The position numbers and the translations under genes are program-made. A DNA stretch of 64,000 nt from an uncultured Acidobacteriota bacterium. GTDB lineage: Bacteria > Acidobacteriota > Terriglobia > Acidiferrales > UBA7541. Positions 1 to 11,202 of this stretch are shown piece after piece (within the stretch, counting starts at the first letter, position 1; each line of letters opens with the position of its first letter). The notes beneath the pieces are model-generated. The model did no database searches. It was given only the letters and a program-made list of their open reading frames with translations, and was not told the DNA's origin. The stretch covers positions 9,958 to 73,957 of the forward strand of contig CAWCCV010000022.1 of assembly GCA_963794175.1 (NCBI GenBank). The letters are read 5' to 3'.

Positions 1-2220
1 GCGTCAACTGGACTTGATTGCCGCCGTTTGAATCCATGCGCCAGAGATTTGCAGCGGCTTTTCCGGAGCGGCCAATAATGCGCAAAATCAGATATTTGCC
101 GTCTCCGCAGGATGTGAGCTGATCGGGAACTTCGTTGGAATCGGAAAAGAGCAGAGTTTCTCCGCCTGAGGGATTTACCGCGCGAATTTCTCCGCCTTGC
201 GGAATCACGAGTTTTCCATCGGCGGTCCAATCCCAGCGCCAGATTGGCTGCTTCGAAGAGAGAACGAGCGGGTGGAAATCTTGCGGACTGCCAGACAGGG
301 GCGATGGAAAAATCGGTGCGCGTTTGCACTTGCGTGGCGACAAAGCTTTGGAAATTGGCAGCGATGCTGGGGCGAACGTAGGAATTTGTGTCCGCCGTGA
401 TTGCGCGATAGGTGCCTTGCGCGTAATTCACCGTGGCGAGCTGACGCTGAAGGTGGCCGGAAGAACTCTCCGCGAATGTGATCAGCAGGCCGCTGCTGTC
501 CGGAAGCCAGACAGGATCATAGGAAACTTTTTCGTGAGAGTTTGCGAAATTCCTGCGGGCCCCAGTGGCGACGTCAATGGCGAGGAAGCCGCCCAAATCG
601 TTGGGGGTGGGCTGAACAATGGGAATCGCGATTGTTTTTCCGTCGGGTGACCATGCGAGCGTGTAGCTGTCGCTGGCAAGCGGCATGCTTTTGAAAAGGG
701 CGCGTTCGGGAGCGCCGTCGCTTTTTGCGATGAGCAGATCGAAAGTCGGCGAATCGTGATCCTCGCGTAGATAGGCGAGATGCTGGCCGTCGGGGGAAAG
801 CGCGACGGGACTATCCACGTCGCGAATGAGAGGGCGCGGTGTGCCGCCGAGCACGGGAGCCTGATAGAGGATGGAGATGGTGTGCTCTTCTTCATCGCGG
901 CGGACGAAATAGAGATAACTGCCGTCGGGGGAGAAGGCGATGCCGAGATAACGAGTTGCGGCGGGCGCAACGATTTGCGTGTTGCTGCCGGTCTGGATGT
1001 GGCGCAACTGCAAAGCCTGCAAGCCGTTTTCATCCATGACTTGCGCGAGATATTTTCCGTCGGGCGAAATTGCGGCGAGCGTCGTGTGGCCATTGTTCGA
1101 GAGATTTTCGATGGTGAAATGCTCAAAGGGAATGTGTGCCGGTTTTTGAACGAGTTTGTAAACGCCGAAGCCGGCTGCGAGGAGAACGATCAGAGCGACG
1201 AAGCCAGTGATTCCCGCGCCGAGTTTGTTTTTCTTCGCGACTTGAAAGATGACGGAGCCGCTGCCGGGCGTTGGCGCCGCGAATTTCGGCTTGTGACGGC
1301 GATTTAGCTGGAGGAAGAGAAGAGCCGCTGACCGCGGCCACGGAAGTGGTGATCACTTTTCCGGAGTCGACTTCGCGCAGAAGGCGTTTTAGATCCGCAC
1401 GGAGTTCAGCGGCGAATTGGTAGCGGCAGTCGCGATCTTTTTCGAGGGCTTTGTTGAGGATGCGCTCGAATTCCGGCGGAACTTCCGGATTGAGAGTGAC
1501 GGGCGCGGCGGGGGTGTTGCGGAGAATATTTTCGAAAACAACGGCGGAAGCGGTGCCGGGGAACGGGTGCTTGCCCGTGATCATTTGATAGAGGACGGCG
1601 CCGAGAGAAAAAAGATCGGTGCGAGCATCGAGTTCTTCGCCGCGGGCTTGTTCGGGCGACATGTAGGCTATGGTGCCGACGGCCAGGCCGGGACTGGTGA
1701 GGTGCGTGACGTCAAGATCCTGCACTGTCGTTTCGTTGTCGTGACCGGGAACGAGTTTTGCGAGGCCGAAATCTAGAATTTTTGCCTGGCCGCGGTCGGT
1801 AACGAATATGTTTGCGGGCTTGATGTCGCGGTGGACGATGCCTTTTTTGTGGGCGGCGTCGAGCCCATCGGAAATCTGGATGCCGAGTTCCAGCGTGCGG
1901 TTCAGTTGTTGCGCGCCGGTGCGGATGATTTGATCGAGCGCTTTGCCTTCAAGGAGTTCGAGTGCGAGGAAGGTTTTTCCTTCGTGGTCTTCGATGGCGT
2001 AGATGGTGCAGATGCCTGGATGATTGAGCGCGGAGGCAGCGCGCGCTTCCCGGAGGAAGCGCTGATGACTCTCGGTGTCCTGCAACTTGTCTTCAGGAAG
2101 GAATTTGAGAGCGACGCGGCGGGCAAGCTTGGTGTCTTCCGCCTCGAAGACGACGCCCATGCCTCCTCCGCCCAGTTTGCGGAGGATTCGATAGTGGCCG
2201 ATGTTTTGCTCTTCCATCAT
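1..2220 (-). CDS. Hanks-type Ser/Thr protein kinase with TM helix and C-terminal TolB/PD40-like beta-propeller (frameshifted near 1300; runs off window start)
   Basis: GGGGMGVV P-loop, [20 protein letters not shown] in ORF 1123..2220; after a frame change it reads [19 protein letters not shown] (TM) and repeated (I/F)SPDG motifs. Confidence 0.9.
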
Positions 2221-2366
2221 TTAGCCGGAAGCAAGATGTTATCCGCGCAAGCGCTGGCGGTCAATTCACGCGCGGATTTCGGGTTCGTCCCGGTAGGGCG
2301 ACGCAATCGGCACAAAAGAACGAGAAGGTGCGAAGAGGAAGCTGCGGAACGCTTAAAGGTGGCGCG

Positions 2367-2666
2367 TCAAGCCGTTGCTTTATCCCTCAGGCCCACGAAT
2401 AGATAGCCGACGCCTTTGCAATTGGGACATTCCTTATTGCGGTAATATCCGGTTGCTTCACACTGTGTACATTCGTTCCAATCGAATGGTTTGGTAGCAA
2501 TTGCGTTAGTGCCGCTGCAGCGTAGTTCACCGTTGGTTTTACTACAGCGACCGTTTGCGACGCCCATGTTGTAACCAGCGCCGCCACACTCAGTACAACA
2601 GGTAACAGGCAGTTCTCTCTTCATCCTCTGATGATACGCCTGTGCGGGTGTGTTCACCTGCTCCAT
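2367..2666 (-). CDS. Small Cys-rich protein with DnaJ-type CxxCxGxG zinc-finger motifs
   Basis: CTECGGAG, CTQCEATG, CPNCKGVG; GGAGG 8 nt before ATG at 2666. Confidence 0.7.
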   Translation of the reverse strand: MEQVNTPAQAYHQRMKRELPVTCCTECGGAGYNMGVANGRCSKTNGELRCSGTNAIATKPFDWNECTQCEATGYYRNKECPNCKGVGYLFVGLRDKATA

Positions 2667-3094
2667 ACCGAACGCCTCCCAGATTGTGGCTGTTTCAACA
2701 AGTTTTTGGCGCATGTTCAATTTTGGACAGACGAAGGGTAGGGTCGAGCTGTAGCTTCCGGATGAAAACTGAGAGTTATGGGCTGGCTCGCGGAATGCCT
2801 CTGGGAACGCTCATCGCGGGGTATCTGCTCTACAGGGCACGCCGGCGGCAGCGACAAACTTAGCTTAGGTTTGACAGCATGGTCGTCAATCTTGCTCGAA
2901 GACCGAACAGACTCCCGTGCCTGGTCCTTGATTCCTCGAAAGAGGGTTTCCGGCTGCCAGAAAGTTAGCGGTCCGGGTTGGCAAATCCAGCTCCAATCAG
3001 ACAGGAGAAGTCGGTCCGGAAGCGGTGTAATTGGCCATTCCAATGCGGATAGTCAAAACCAAATCCTAGCTTAGAACAACAGGGAGAAATAAGA

Positions 3095-3529
3095 ATGAAA
3101 AAATCAGTGATCGTATCAGCAGGCACGGCTTTAACCATCGTCGCGGCCCTGGTAGGTGTTGCGCAGGCTCAAAAGGGCAAACAAGTAATCTACGTATCTT
3201 CGGCGCAAGGCACATATAAACCGTCGCCGACGAGTGGTGTTTCCATGCAAGCGCTCTGGGGCGATATGGAGAAGGGTGCTCATGGAACTTTTACGAAGTT
3301 CGAAACCGGATTCGATGCGGGCATGCACACGCACACGAACGACGTTTCCATCGTGGTCGTCAAAGGCGCCTATCTGTACAAGGATGATGCAGGCGAAAAG
3401 CGTGTCGGGCCGGGTGAATTCCTTTTCATTCCGGGCGGTCACAAACATTGGAGCGGCGGGGACAAGACCGAAGGCGCACTCTTTTATGAGGAAGGGTCGG
3501 GGAAATTCGATAGCATACCGGTGAAATAG
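3095..3529 (+). CDS. Secreted cupin-domain protein
   Basis: Signal peptide ending AQA; HTHT...VVKG and PGGHKH cupin motifs; GGGAG RBS. Confidence 0.8.
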   Translation: MKKSVIVSAGTALTIVAALVGVAQAQKGKQVIYVSSAQGTYKPSPTSGVSMQALWGDMEKGAHGTFTKFETGFDAGMHTHTNDVSIVVVKGAYLYKDDAGEKRVGPGEFLFIPGGHKHWSGGDKTEGALFYEEGSGKFDSIPVK

Positions 3530-3738
3530 CGGGGATCACGGCGACCCTCCCAGGAAACAAACGCATAAGTCGTTTGTTTCCTGGTTCCATTAATGGCCGT
3601 GAACCCGGCCCTACTCGGAAACAATCCAATTGTTTGGATAGCGCGACCAGGAGTTGGCAGGCACTGGCTGGCTCACCGAAAGCTTGGAAATGCAGACTGC
3701 GAAATCTGCGCACCGAAGGCGATGGGACCGCTTGCGTT

Positions 3739-5700
3739 CTAATAATCAAGACCGATATGGGCAAAATTAAACACAACAACGAACCAAACAACCCAGACGG
3801 ACACCAAAACCATGGTGGCACGCAAGCCGACGCTCAAAATGGCCCGCTTTGTGGCAATGCCCGCCAGTAGAAACCGGATGGTGGCGGCGCAGAGGATAGG
3901 CGGGATGGCAATGGTAGCCAGTTGCAGCAAGTACACCCAGGACGGCAAACGAACGAATGTCAGGTTCAGCAACAAAAATAACCACACAAAGACAACGATC
4001 ATCGTCGCTAACGCAAACGCTACGGACAATAAATACGAACTCCGCTCGCTTCCTTCCAGTCTCTTCGTGCCGCGGTAGTACCGACGGGCGAGCGCGCCAA
4101 GAGGCAGAGACAGCAGCAATCCCAACAACGTCAAAATACTCGCGATCATGGAGGTCTCGAGCCAGGCCTTGGTCTCGTACCAGGGTACCCGGTCAAAGAC
4201 CATAAACGGAGACCAGGAATCGGTTGCAATACGAAACGCCTTTCCGTCTTTCAATTCGGCAGCGAACCGTTCGCTTCCCGCCTTATCCTTCCAAACCAGA
4301 GGCGCAATCTCGACCCAATTGCGAGACGCTCCACTAGGGCCGGCAAATAGTTCTCCAGGAATCTCCACCCTGCCGCTGCTATCGACCGAGACAGTCACTT
4401 CGTCCAGATAGCCGAACAATTTTGTGAAATTCGATTCTGCGCGACGGGAAGCGACATAACTTCCAGAAAGGAAAGCGGCGTCTTGCGGGTCCGATTTGAA
4501 GCCGGACGGGGCTGGCGGCTTTTGCGGAAAATATCGCTTCACAAAGTTCTCGATGAGACCTTCTCGCACAGAAATCTGTGTCAAGCCCTCGCCCCGGCTG
4601 TTCATCGAAAAGAACACACCTGTCTTTTCCGATGGTATGAGCCACAGGTAACTGTGAAAGACATCGGTGTCACCACCGTGACCGATGATCCGCAGGCCAT
4701 AAAGATTGTGCTCGTAGAAGCCCAAGAGCATGCGATTGAGTGGTGCAATTGTGGGCGAAGCTGTCGTGTGCATTTCTCGCGCGACGTCCGGTTTCAGAAG
4801 TGGACTACTCGCCTCATCCAAGTTGGCGAGCATGAAACGCCCCATATCATCGGCCGTTGTCGTGGCGCTGCCCGCCGGACGAAATGCTGTCATCTCGAAC
4901 GGCACCGGCGGCTCCGTTGCGACGGGATAGCCCTTCGACATAAAGGGAACGAGATTAGCCGGGAGCGGCTCACTCATGGTCGAATTCTTCATGTCGAGCG
5001 GGCGGAAAATGTGAACGGCGACATAGTCGTCGTAAGGCTCGCCGGAAACCCGCTCGACGATGTATCCGGCGAGCAACGCGCCATAGTTTGAATAGGCAGG
5101 GGTGCTGCCTGGCGGGAAAATGCGGTGGGGTATCCACGCTTTTACTGCTTCACGGATCGAAGGCACCTTTTCGCCCTTGATCGCGAGATCTTCAATGCGT
5201 TCCTCAAATCCAGCCGTGTGGGTCAACAAATTTCGCATGGTGACGGGTTTGCCATCGTAAGGCGGAATTTTGAAATCCAAATAATCGTTCACATCGCGAT
5301 CAAGATCGATTTTCCCCGCTTGCACTTGTTGCATCACCGCGGTCCAAGTAAAAAGCTTTGACGTTGAAGCTGGGCGAAATAGGGTAGCGAGAGGATCTAT
5401 GTGCTGATTTGTGGCGATATCCGCATACCCGTACCCCCGCTCAGTGAGTACATGGCCATCCTTGACGACCACCACAACTGCGCCGGCAACGTTCCCAGCG
5501 GCTAAGGCATACGGCAGGTAACCATCCAGCCAAACGTCTACGTCGGATTTGGTGAGAGCTGGTTGCTCGGCAATCGCGACCGCATTGTTTTCGGCCGCTG
5601 ATGGTCCAGACGGTTGCGCCGAGGGCACGGTACTCAGCGAGACCGAAGAAATCAATCCGAGAGCCACCGCGCATATCAGTTTTTTTCGAATGCGATTCAT
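3739..5700 (-). CDS. Serine hydrolase (beta-lactamase/class C-like) with C-terminal TM helices
   Basis: STSK (SxxK), LLTHTAG, YSN, HGGD motifs; signal peptide after MNRIRKK; about four hydrophobic C-terminal segments. Confidence 0.88.
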   Translation of the reverse strand: MNRIRKKLICAVALGLISSVSLSTVPSAQPSGPSAAENNAVAIAEQPALTKSDVDVWLDGYLPYALAAGNVAGAVVVVVKDGHVLTERGYGYADIATNQHIDPLATLFRPASTSKLFTWTAVMQQVQAGKIDLDRDVNDYLDFKIPPYDGKPVTMRNLLTHTAGFEERIEDLAIKGEKVPSIREAVKAWIPHRIFPPGSTPAYSNYGALLAGYIVERVSGEPYDDYVAVHIFRPLDMKNSTMSEPLPANLVPFMSKGYPVATEPPVPFEMTAFRPAGSATTTADDMGRFMLANLDEASSPLLKPDVAREMHTTASPTIAPLNRMLLGFYEHNLYGLRIIGHGGDTDVFHSYLWLIPSEKTGVFFSMNSRGEGLTQISVREGLIENFVKRYFPQKPPAPSGFKSDPQDAAFLSGSYVASRRAESNFTKLFGYLDEVTVSVDSSGRVEIPGELFAGPSGASRNWVEIAPLVWKDKAGSERFAAELKDGKAFRIATDSWSPFMVFDRVPWYETKAWLETSMIASILTLLGLLLSLPLGALARRYYRGTKRLEGSERSSYLLSVAFALATMIVVFVWLFLLLNLTFVRLPSWVYLLQLATIAIPPILCAATIRFLLAGIATKRAILSVGLRATMVLVSVWVVWFVVVFNFAHIGLDY

Positions 5701-5889
5701 TGCGCACAGTTTTACTCTAGAACCTTCTACGTGTCGACAAGGCCTAGTCATTCTCGTTTTGTGCCACGAGTCTGATAACGCGCTATCCTGCAAACCCCCG
5801 CTCAGCGGGCGCCAGCCTGACTGTAAGCCGGACCTGGCGAAGAGCGGGTCATTTTTACTTCGGTTTTCCGGTCCTGTAACATCGCATTT

Positions 5890-6561
5890 GTGAAGCCATT
5901 CGAGTTGCTCGGCGAAACAGTTTGTCCAGACGGTTCTGAGATGAAGCTGGTTCGCCGCGGCGATGAGTACCTGATTCTTGCAGGCGGCGCGGTCCTTATG
6001 TCCAGCCGCTTGCATGGCTCGGAGGAAGCGTTGGCCGCGTTCGCTTGCGAACACGTGCGATCGCTCGAGCGGCCCAGCGTGCTTGTTGGCGGTCTCGGAA
6101 TGGGCTTTACTTTACGTGCGACACTGGATCTGCTTCCTGCCAAGGCAGCCGTCGTCGTCGCCGAGCTGGTGCCGGCGGTCGTGGAGTGGAATCGCGGGCC
6201 GCTCGGGCCGCTGGCGAAACACCCTCTGAAAGATAAGCGCGTGCGGGTCGAGACGGGAGATGTTGCCGTCACCGTCGGCTCATGCCTCGGCCAATTCGAT
6301 GCCGTGCTGCTCGACGTGGACAATGGACCAGCCGCACTGACTGACTCGAACAACGCCGCACTCTACGACAACCGTGGAATTGCCGCTATCCATGCGAGTC
6401 TAAAGAAAGGGGGAGTTCTGGCGATCTGGGCGGCCAAAGAGGATCGCAGATTCCAGCGCCGTTTGGGCGAAAGCGGGTTTGCAGTGCAAGTGCAGCGCGC
6501 TCGTGGCCGCCAAGCAAAGGGCGGTCCTCGCCACACTATCTTTCTCGGTCGAAAATCTTGA
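5890..6561 (+). CDS. Spermidine synthase-like SAM-binding protein
   Basis: VLVGGLGMGFT SAM-binding loop, FDAVLLDVDNGP motif. Confidence 0.82.
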   Translation: MKPFELLGETVCPDGSEMKLVRRGDEYLILAGGAVLMSSRLHGSEEALAAFACEHVRSLERPSVLVGGLGMGFTLRATLDLLPAKAAVVVAELVPAVVEWNRGPLGPLAKHPLKDKRVRVETGDVAVTVGSCLGQFDAVLLDVDNGPAALTDSNNAALYDNRGIAAIHASLKKGGVLAIWAAKEDRRFQRRLGESGFAVQVQRARGRQAKGGPRHTIFLGRKS

Positions 6562-6598
6562 ATTGAGATCAAACTACCCGCCAAGCAAGGCGACGCAA

Positions 6599-7250
6599 TT
6601 AGACACGAGAAACTTGTGTTCGTGCACGATGCATGCGAGTAGTCGCGATGTGGCCCCGGGCCACACGCTTTCTCGCCATCACCAATCCCAACAACCCGAC
6701 TCCCGTGAGGAGCAGGAAGCCGGCGCTGGGCTCGGGAATGGCGGTATAGGACAGTGAATCGATCCCTCCAACCCCAGAAACGCTATAGCCAGATTGGTTC
6801 GTGGTCCAAGTCATCTCGAAGGCGCCGGGGTCAGCAAAACTCACGACACCGGAGCAGAGGCTAACGGGATAAGTGGCGCAAACGGGTTCAGTAAAGGATC
6901 CCAATTCACCGAAATCATCGGAGAAGAAATTCATGTAAAGACCGTAGGAGTATTGCCAGTAAATGGAAACATTTGAAACAGATTCCGTGAAGACAGATGT
7001 GTCCAGATTCCCCCGCTCCCAGGGAGCTAAGATTTGAAGCAAACCCGGTGCCACCTGAGAACTGGAAAGCAATGTCGGTAAATCCCGAATACCCATTGGC
7101 GGCCGTAGAAGCGACATAATTATCGGACGTGATTACACTACCGTCGGGAAAGATGATTGTGCCGTTCGGATCTGTTAACGAATCCGCCTGCGCGTCACGT
7201 GCGGAGATAACCGCGAATAGCAATACGCCTAGCCAAAAAGACTTTCGCAT
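6599..7250 (-). CDS. PEP-CTERM sorting domain surface protein (frameshifted near 7020)
   Basis: Signal peptide MRKSFWLGVLLFAVISARDAQA in ORF 6915..7256; IPEPS + TM + ARKR in ORF 6599..7117. Confidence 0.78.
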
Positions 7251-7491
7251 GTTCAATCATCCAGTGCCAGCCACCGAGTTTCAGGACCCATCCCTTAAAA
7301 TCGGCACCACCGATTCCATCCCTGATGTTGAAACCGTACCGACCGGCCCAGTGTGCACTGTACACACCGCAAGTGGCTGGATATTCTGAGCGAAGTCATT
7401 CTAGTTCAACCAGTATCCGGGGTACAAGATTAAGCGACCATCTGTCCGCGCTTACTGGAAAATTGAGGAACGTTGTGTTGGAGGAACCACT

Positions 7492-7848
7492 TTGACGAGA
7501 CAAGAGGCTTGGAAGCTGGCTCAACAATGGGTAGCGGCGTGGAACGCTCATGACTTGGAGGCGATCCTGGCGCACTATGAGGATGCAGTTGAACTGACTT
7601 CGCCCGTTGCAGCGCAGCTTTTGGGAACGCCTGATGGCAAGGTGGTTGGAAAGGCGAATTTGAGGGCCTATTTTCAGCGGGGGCTGGCAGCGTATCCGGA
7701 ATTGAATTTCCGTCTTGAGGACGTGTTGTGGGGCTTGAACAGCGTGGTGCTCTACTACAAGAATCAAAAGGAGACGCGCTCGGCGGAGTTCATGGAAGTG
7801 TCTGCGGATGGAAAAGTGACGCGTGTTGTGGCCAATTACAACGCCTAG
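7492..7848 (+). CDS. SnoaL-like / NTF2 family protein
   Basis: WVAAWNAHDLEAILAHY...GK..LRAYF pattern; GGAGGA RBS before TTG. Confidence 0.85.
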   Translation: MTRQEAWKLAQQWVAAWNAHDLEAILAHYEDAVELTSPVAAQLLGTPDGKVVGKANLRAYFQRGLAAYPELNFRLEDVLWGLNSVVLYYKNQKETRSAEFMEVSADGKVTRVVANYNA

Positions 7849-8074
7849 CGGGAACAAGCAGGCAAGTGCGGAGAGTGTTTTTGCCTGGAGAAGTCGGGTT
7901 CCCAAGTCGGTTACGAGCGATAAAAAGGCTCAGGCGGACCACCCTGTTCACAATTATTTTCCCCCCGAGTGCCTTGAAACCGTCTTTTGTCGGACAAAGT
8001 GAATGTGCGTGAGCTGAGATTGATCTAGCGCGTTCGACACACTCCGTTTGGAAGAAGATCAATGTTTGACCCGC

Positions 8075-9073
8075 TTACTTGCGCCGATGCAGCTTTTTCT
8101 TGGTTTCCGCAGAGGACTGTTTGCGTTTACGGCGGAATTGCGCGGGAGGGGAAGAGAATTCGCGTTTAAAGGCGCGGTTGAAGGCAGCCTCGGATCCGTA
8201 ACCGACGATTGCGGCGATTTTCTCGACGCTGTGGTCGGAGGATTGCAGAAGTTCCGCGCCGAGTCTTAGACGCCACTTCGTCAAGTAGGCCATCGGCGAT
8301 TCGTTTAGAAAATGCGTGAAGCGATCGGCGAGGCGCGAGCGCGAAAGGCCGGTCTGCCGGGCGAGGCTTGCGACGGTCCATTGTTGCGCGGGATCTTTGT
8401 GAAGCAGGGCGAGCGCTTGACCGATGGCGGGATCGCGCGCGCCGGCCAGCCAGCCAGTTTGCTCCTTAGGAAGAGTATTGATGTAGCGCCGCAGCGTTTC
8501 GACGAACAGAAGTTCGGATAATTTTGCGACAACCAGGCCGCTGCCTGCCCCAGGATCGTTCATTTCACTGACGGACAATCGGATGGAATTTGCCAGCCAT
8601 TGGCCGGATGGTTCTTCGGCTACGTGGACCTTCATCATCTTGGGTAATCCGGAGAGAAAGACTTCGCCGAGACGAGGTTCGCAAGCCATATACCCGCACA
8701 CGAATCGAGTGACCGGGCCACCGCCGCCGAAGCGAGCCACTTTGAGGCCATGCATTAGATGCTTCGCAAAAACTTTAAACGAGTCAACGGGCTTTTCCGG
8801 AGCTCCGTTGCCCAGGAAATGAGTATCGCCGTGCGGAAAGATGACGATGTCGCCAGCAGTCAGCGATTCCCGCGGCCCTTCAGAAAGTCTCGCGAAGGCG
8901 GTGCCCTCGGTAAGGAAGTGATAGATGATTAGGTGACCGCCGGCCGGAGCGAGCATGGTTATGGCTTCCGGCGAAGGCGTGGAGCGAAAACACCAAGGGG
9001 CCGAGAATTCGCCGTTGAAAAAGATGGCGCCTTCCAGCTTTACCGCGCGCAAGACCTCGGAAAGCACGTCCAT
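8075..9073 (-). CDS. AraC family transcriptional regulator with N-terminal cupin domain
   Basis: MDVLSEVL start; C-terminal WTVASLA..SRS..F and VGYGSEAAFNRAFKR double HTH. Confidence 0.92.
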   Translation of the reverse strand: MDVLSEVLRAVKLEGAIFFNGEFSAPWCFRSTPSPEAITMLAPAGGHLIIYHFLTEGTAFARLSEGPRESLTAGDIVIFPHGDTHFLGNGAPEKPVDSFKVFAKHLMHGLKVARFGGGGPVTRFVCGYMACEPRLGEVFLSGLPKMMKVHVAEEPSGQWLANSIRLSVSEMNDPGAGSGLVVAKLSELLFVETLRRYINTLPKEQTGWLAGARDPAIGQALALLHKDPAQQWTVASLARQTGLSRSRLADRFTHFLNESPMAYLTKWRLRLGAELLQSSDHSVEKIAAIVGYGSEAAFNRAFKREFSSPPAQFRRKRKQSSAETKKKLHRRK

Positions 9074-9215
9074 TTTGAGTAGCATCCTCGAATCTGGTGT
9101 TTCTGACAAGAATATGGGACGCCCAATCAAGCAAAAGGATTCAGAGGTGAGCAGAGTAAAGGAAGACAAACAGGATTGCACGAATTGTGTGACCGATTCT
9201 GATGGAGAGATGGAA

Positions 9216-10571
9216 ATGAACGCGATAGCGAAGGCAGTACAACGAGACGGAGAGTTTGAGCAGCTGAAGGCGCGGCTGAAGGCGACGTGGGCGACGGGGG
9301 ATTACGACCGGTTCTCGCGCTATATGGAAAAGGATGCGACAGAGTTCTATCACCGGCTGGGCATCAAGCAGGGAGTGGAATTGCTAGATGTGGGGTGCGG
9401 GGCAGGACAGCTTGCCCTGATTGCAGCAAAGGCCGGAGCGCGCGTGACTGGCTGCGACATTGCGCCGAACTGGCTGGAAAAGGCGCGAGAAAGGGCCGCT
9501 GCCGAAGGGCTGCAGATTCTTTTTGAAGAGGGCGATGCGGAGGCGTTGCCGTATGAGGATGGGCAGTTCGAGGTGGTGGCTAGCCTTGTGGGAGCGATGT
9601 TTGCGCCGCGGCCGGAACATGTGGCGGCGGAGCTGAAGCGCGTTTGTCGCCCTGGCGGAATGATTGCGATGGCGAACTGGACGCCGGAGGGGTTCATCGG
9701 GCAGATGCTCAAAGTAATTGCAAAGCACATCGCGCCGTCCGGAATGCCGTCGCCGTTGTTGTGGGGAGATGAAGGCACAGTTCGCAACCGGTTGCGCGAA
9801 GGGATTGCCGAACTGAGATTTACGCGGCAAATGTACAACTTCGAATACCCGTTCCCTCCGGACGCGGTGGTGGATTTCTTCCGGGCAAATTATGGACCGA
9901 TGGCGCGCGCGTTTGCATCACTGGACACCGACGGTCAGAAGATATTGCATGCCGAGTTGACGGGACTTTGGTCGGCGCACAACAAGGCTGACCAGACGAA
10001 AACGAAAGTGCTGGCCGAGTACCTGCTGGTGGTTGCCATTCGCGATGGAAAACAGGTGGGAACGCAAACGAAATCCGGCGCAAGCCACAGAGCTGCAGCG
10101 CTGGCAAACCGGATTCTGGAAGGTGCGGATACGCTGGCGGCCTTTGCCGAAGGGCTGTCCGAAGCGGAATGGCGAGCAATTGGCTCGGCGAGAGGGACGG
10201 ATCTGCGCTCGGTCGGGGTGATTGTGCATCATGTGGCGACCGTTTATCCGATTGAGATCGAATTGGCGCGGGCGATTGCCAGCGGAAAGGCGGTCACGGA
10301 CGTTACTTGGGAGAAGGTGGCTGTGCTGAATGGGAAACACGTACGGGAAGTGGGGAACGTGACGAAGGCGGAAACGCTTGAACTCCTGCGGAAGAACAGC
10401 CAAGAGGCGGCGTCCGTGGTCCAGTCTTTTACCGACGAGGAACTGGACCGGGCTGCTCCGTTTTCGTTGAGCTACGGTGCGAGCATGACGGCGCAATTTG
10501 TGGTCGAAGACCACGCCTTGCGGCATAGCTGGCATCATTTGGCGCGAATCCGGGAAGCCTTGCGTAAGTAA
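9216..10571 (+). CDS. Class I SAM-dependent methyltransferase fused to C-terminal DinB-like domain
   Basis: LLDVGCGAG, GDAEALP, RVCRPGG; C-terminal HHVA...HSWHH DinB-type His motifs in the same frame. Confidence 0.82.
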   Translation: MNAIAKAVQRDGEFEQLKARLKATWATGDYDRFSRYMEKDATEFYHRLGIKQGVELLDVGCGAGQLALIAAKAGARVTGCDIAPNWLEKARERAAAEGLQILFEEGDAEALPYEDGQFEVVASLVGAMFAPRPEHVAAELKRVCRPGGMIAMANWTPEGFIGQMLKVIAKHIAPSGMPSPLLWGDEGTVRNRLREGIAELRFTRQMYNFEYPFPPDAVVDFFRANYGPMARAFASLDTDGQKILHAELTGLWSAHNKADQTKTKVLAEYLLVVAIRDGKQVGTQTKSGASHRAAALANRILEGADTLAAFAEGLSEAEWRAIGSARGTDLRSVGVIVHHVATVYPIEIELARAIASGKAVTDVTWEKVAVLNGKHVREVGNVTKAETLELLRKNSQEAASVVQSFTDEELDRAAPFSLSYGASMTAQFVVEDHALRHSWHHLARIREALRK

Positions 10572-10701
10572 GACGGGCCATTCGTTTATCGGTCAGAACT
10601 TTGCGGCGCTGAAGTCGGCGCGAAAAAGCAGGTATCGTTCGCCCGGGCTTGTGATATCAAAGGGGCTGAATCGAAGGCCTGCCTGGCCGCGGGGGATGAG
10701 A

Positions 10702-11174
10702 ATGTCGCTACTTACGATGATTCACGTGGCACTGAGCTTGCTTGGAATTGCGACCGGGTTTTTGGCGATTTTCCAGATGATTGGCGGGAAGAGGCCCGGC
10801 GGTCTGAACGTCGTTTTTCTGGCTACGACGATTCTGACGAGCGTGACGGGATTTTTCTTTCCCATTACAAAGGTTACGCCCGGTTTGGTGATCGGGACGA
10901 TTTCGCTTGTGGTTTTGGCGATTGCGCTGTTTGCACTCTATTCAAAGAAGCTTGCCGGAAACTGGCGAATGGTTTATGTGGTGACGGCGGTGATGGCGCA
11001 GTTCTGCAACGTGCTGGTGCTGGTGGTGCAGTCGTTCCAAAAGATTCCGGCGCTGCACGTGCACGGTCCCACAGACGATGCGCCTATCGTGAAGATTTGC
11101 CAGCTGGGTGCGCTGCTGATTTGCTCGTGCTGGGCTTTTTCGCGGGCAAGAATTTCAAGAAAGCAGCTTCTTAA
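10702..11174 (+). CDS. Multi-pass membrane protein (frameshift near 3' end)
   Basis: About five hydrophobic helices, IHVALSL start, QSFQKIPAL motif; plausible end KNFKKAAS-stop in shifted frame. Confidence 0.65.
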
Positions 11175-11202
11175 TCTTAGGCAAAGCGCTCCATACGGGG
11201 CG

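Noticed and set aside
2720-3090. Several short overlapping ORFs
   Set aside because: No RBS or motif; likely spacer or decayed sequence
8955-9215. Upstream extensions of track ORFs (also 5701-6054, 53265-53726, 57780-58331)
   Set aside because: They overlap divergent genes or promoters; downstream starts fit domain boundaries better
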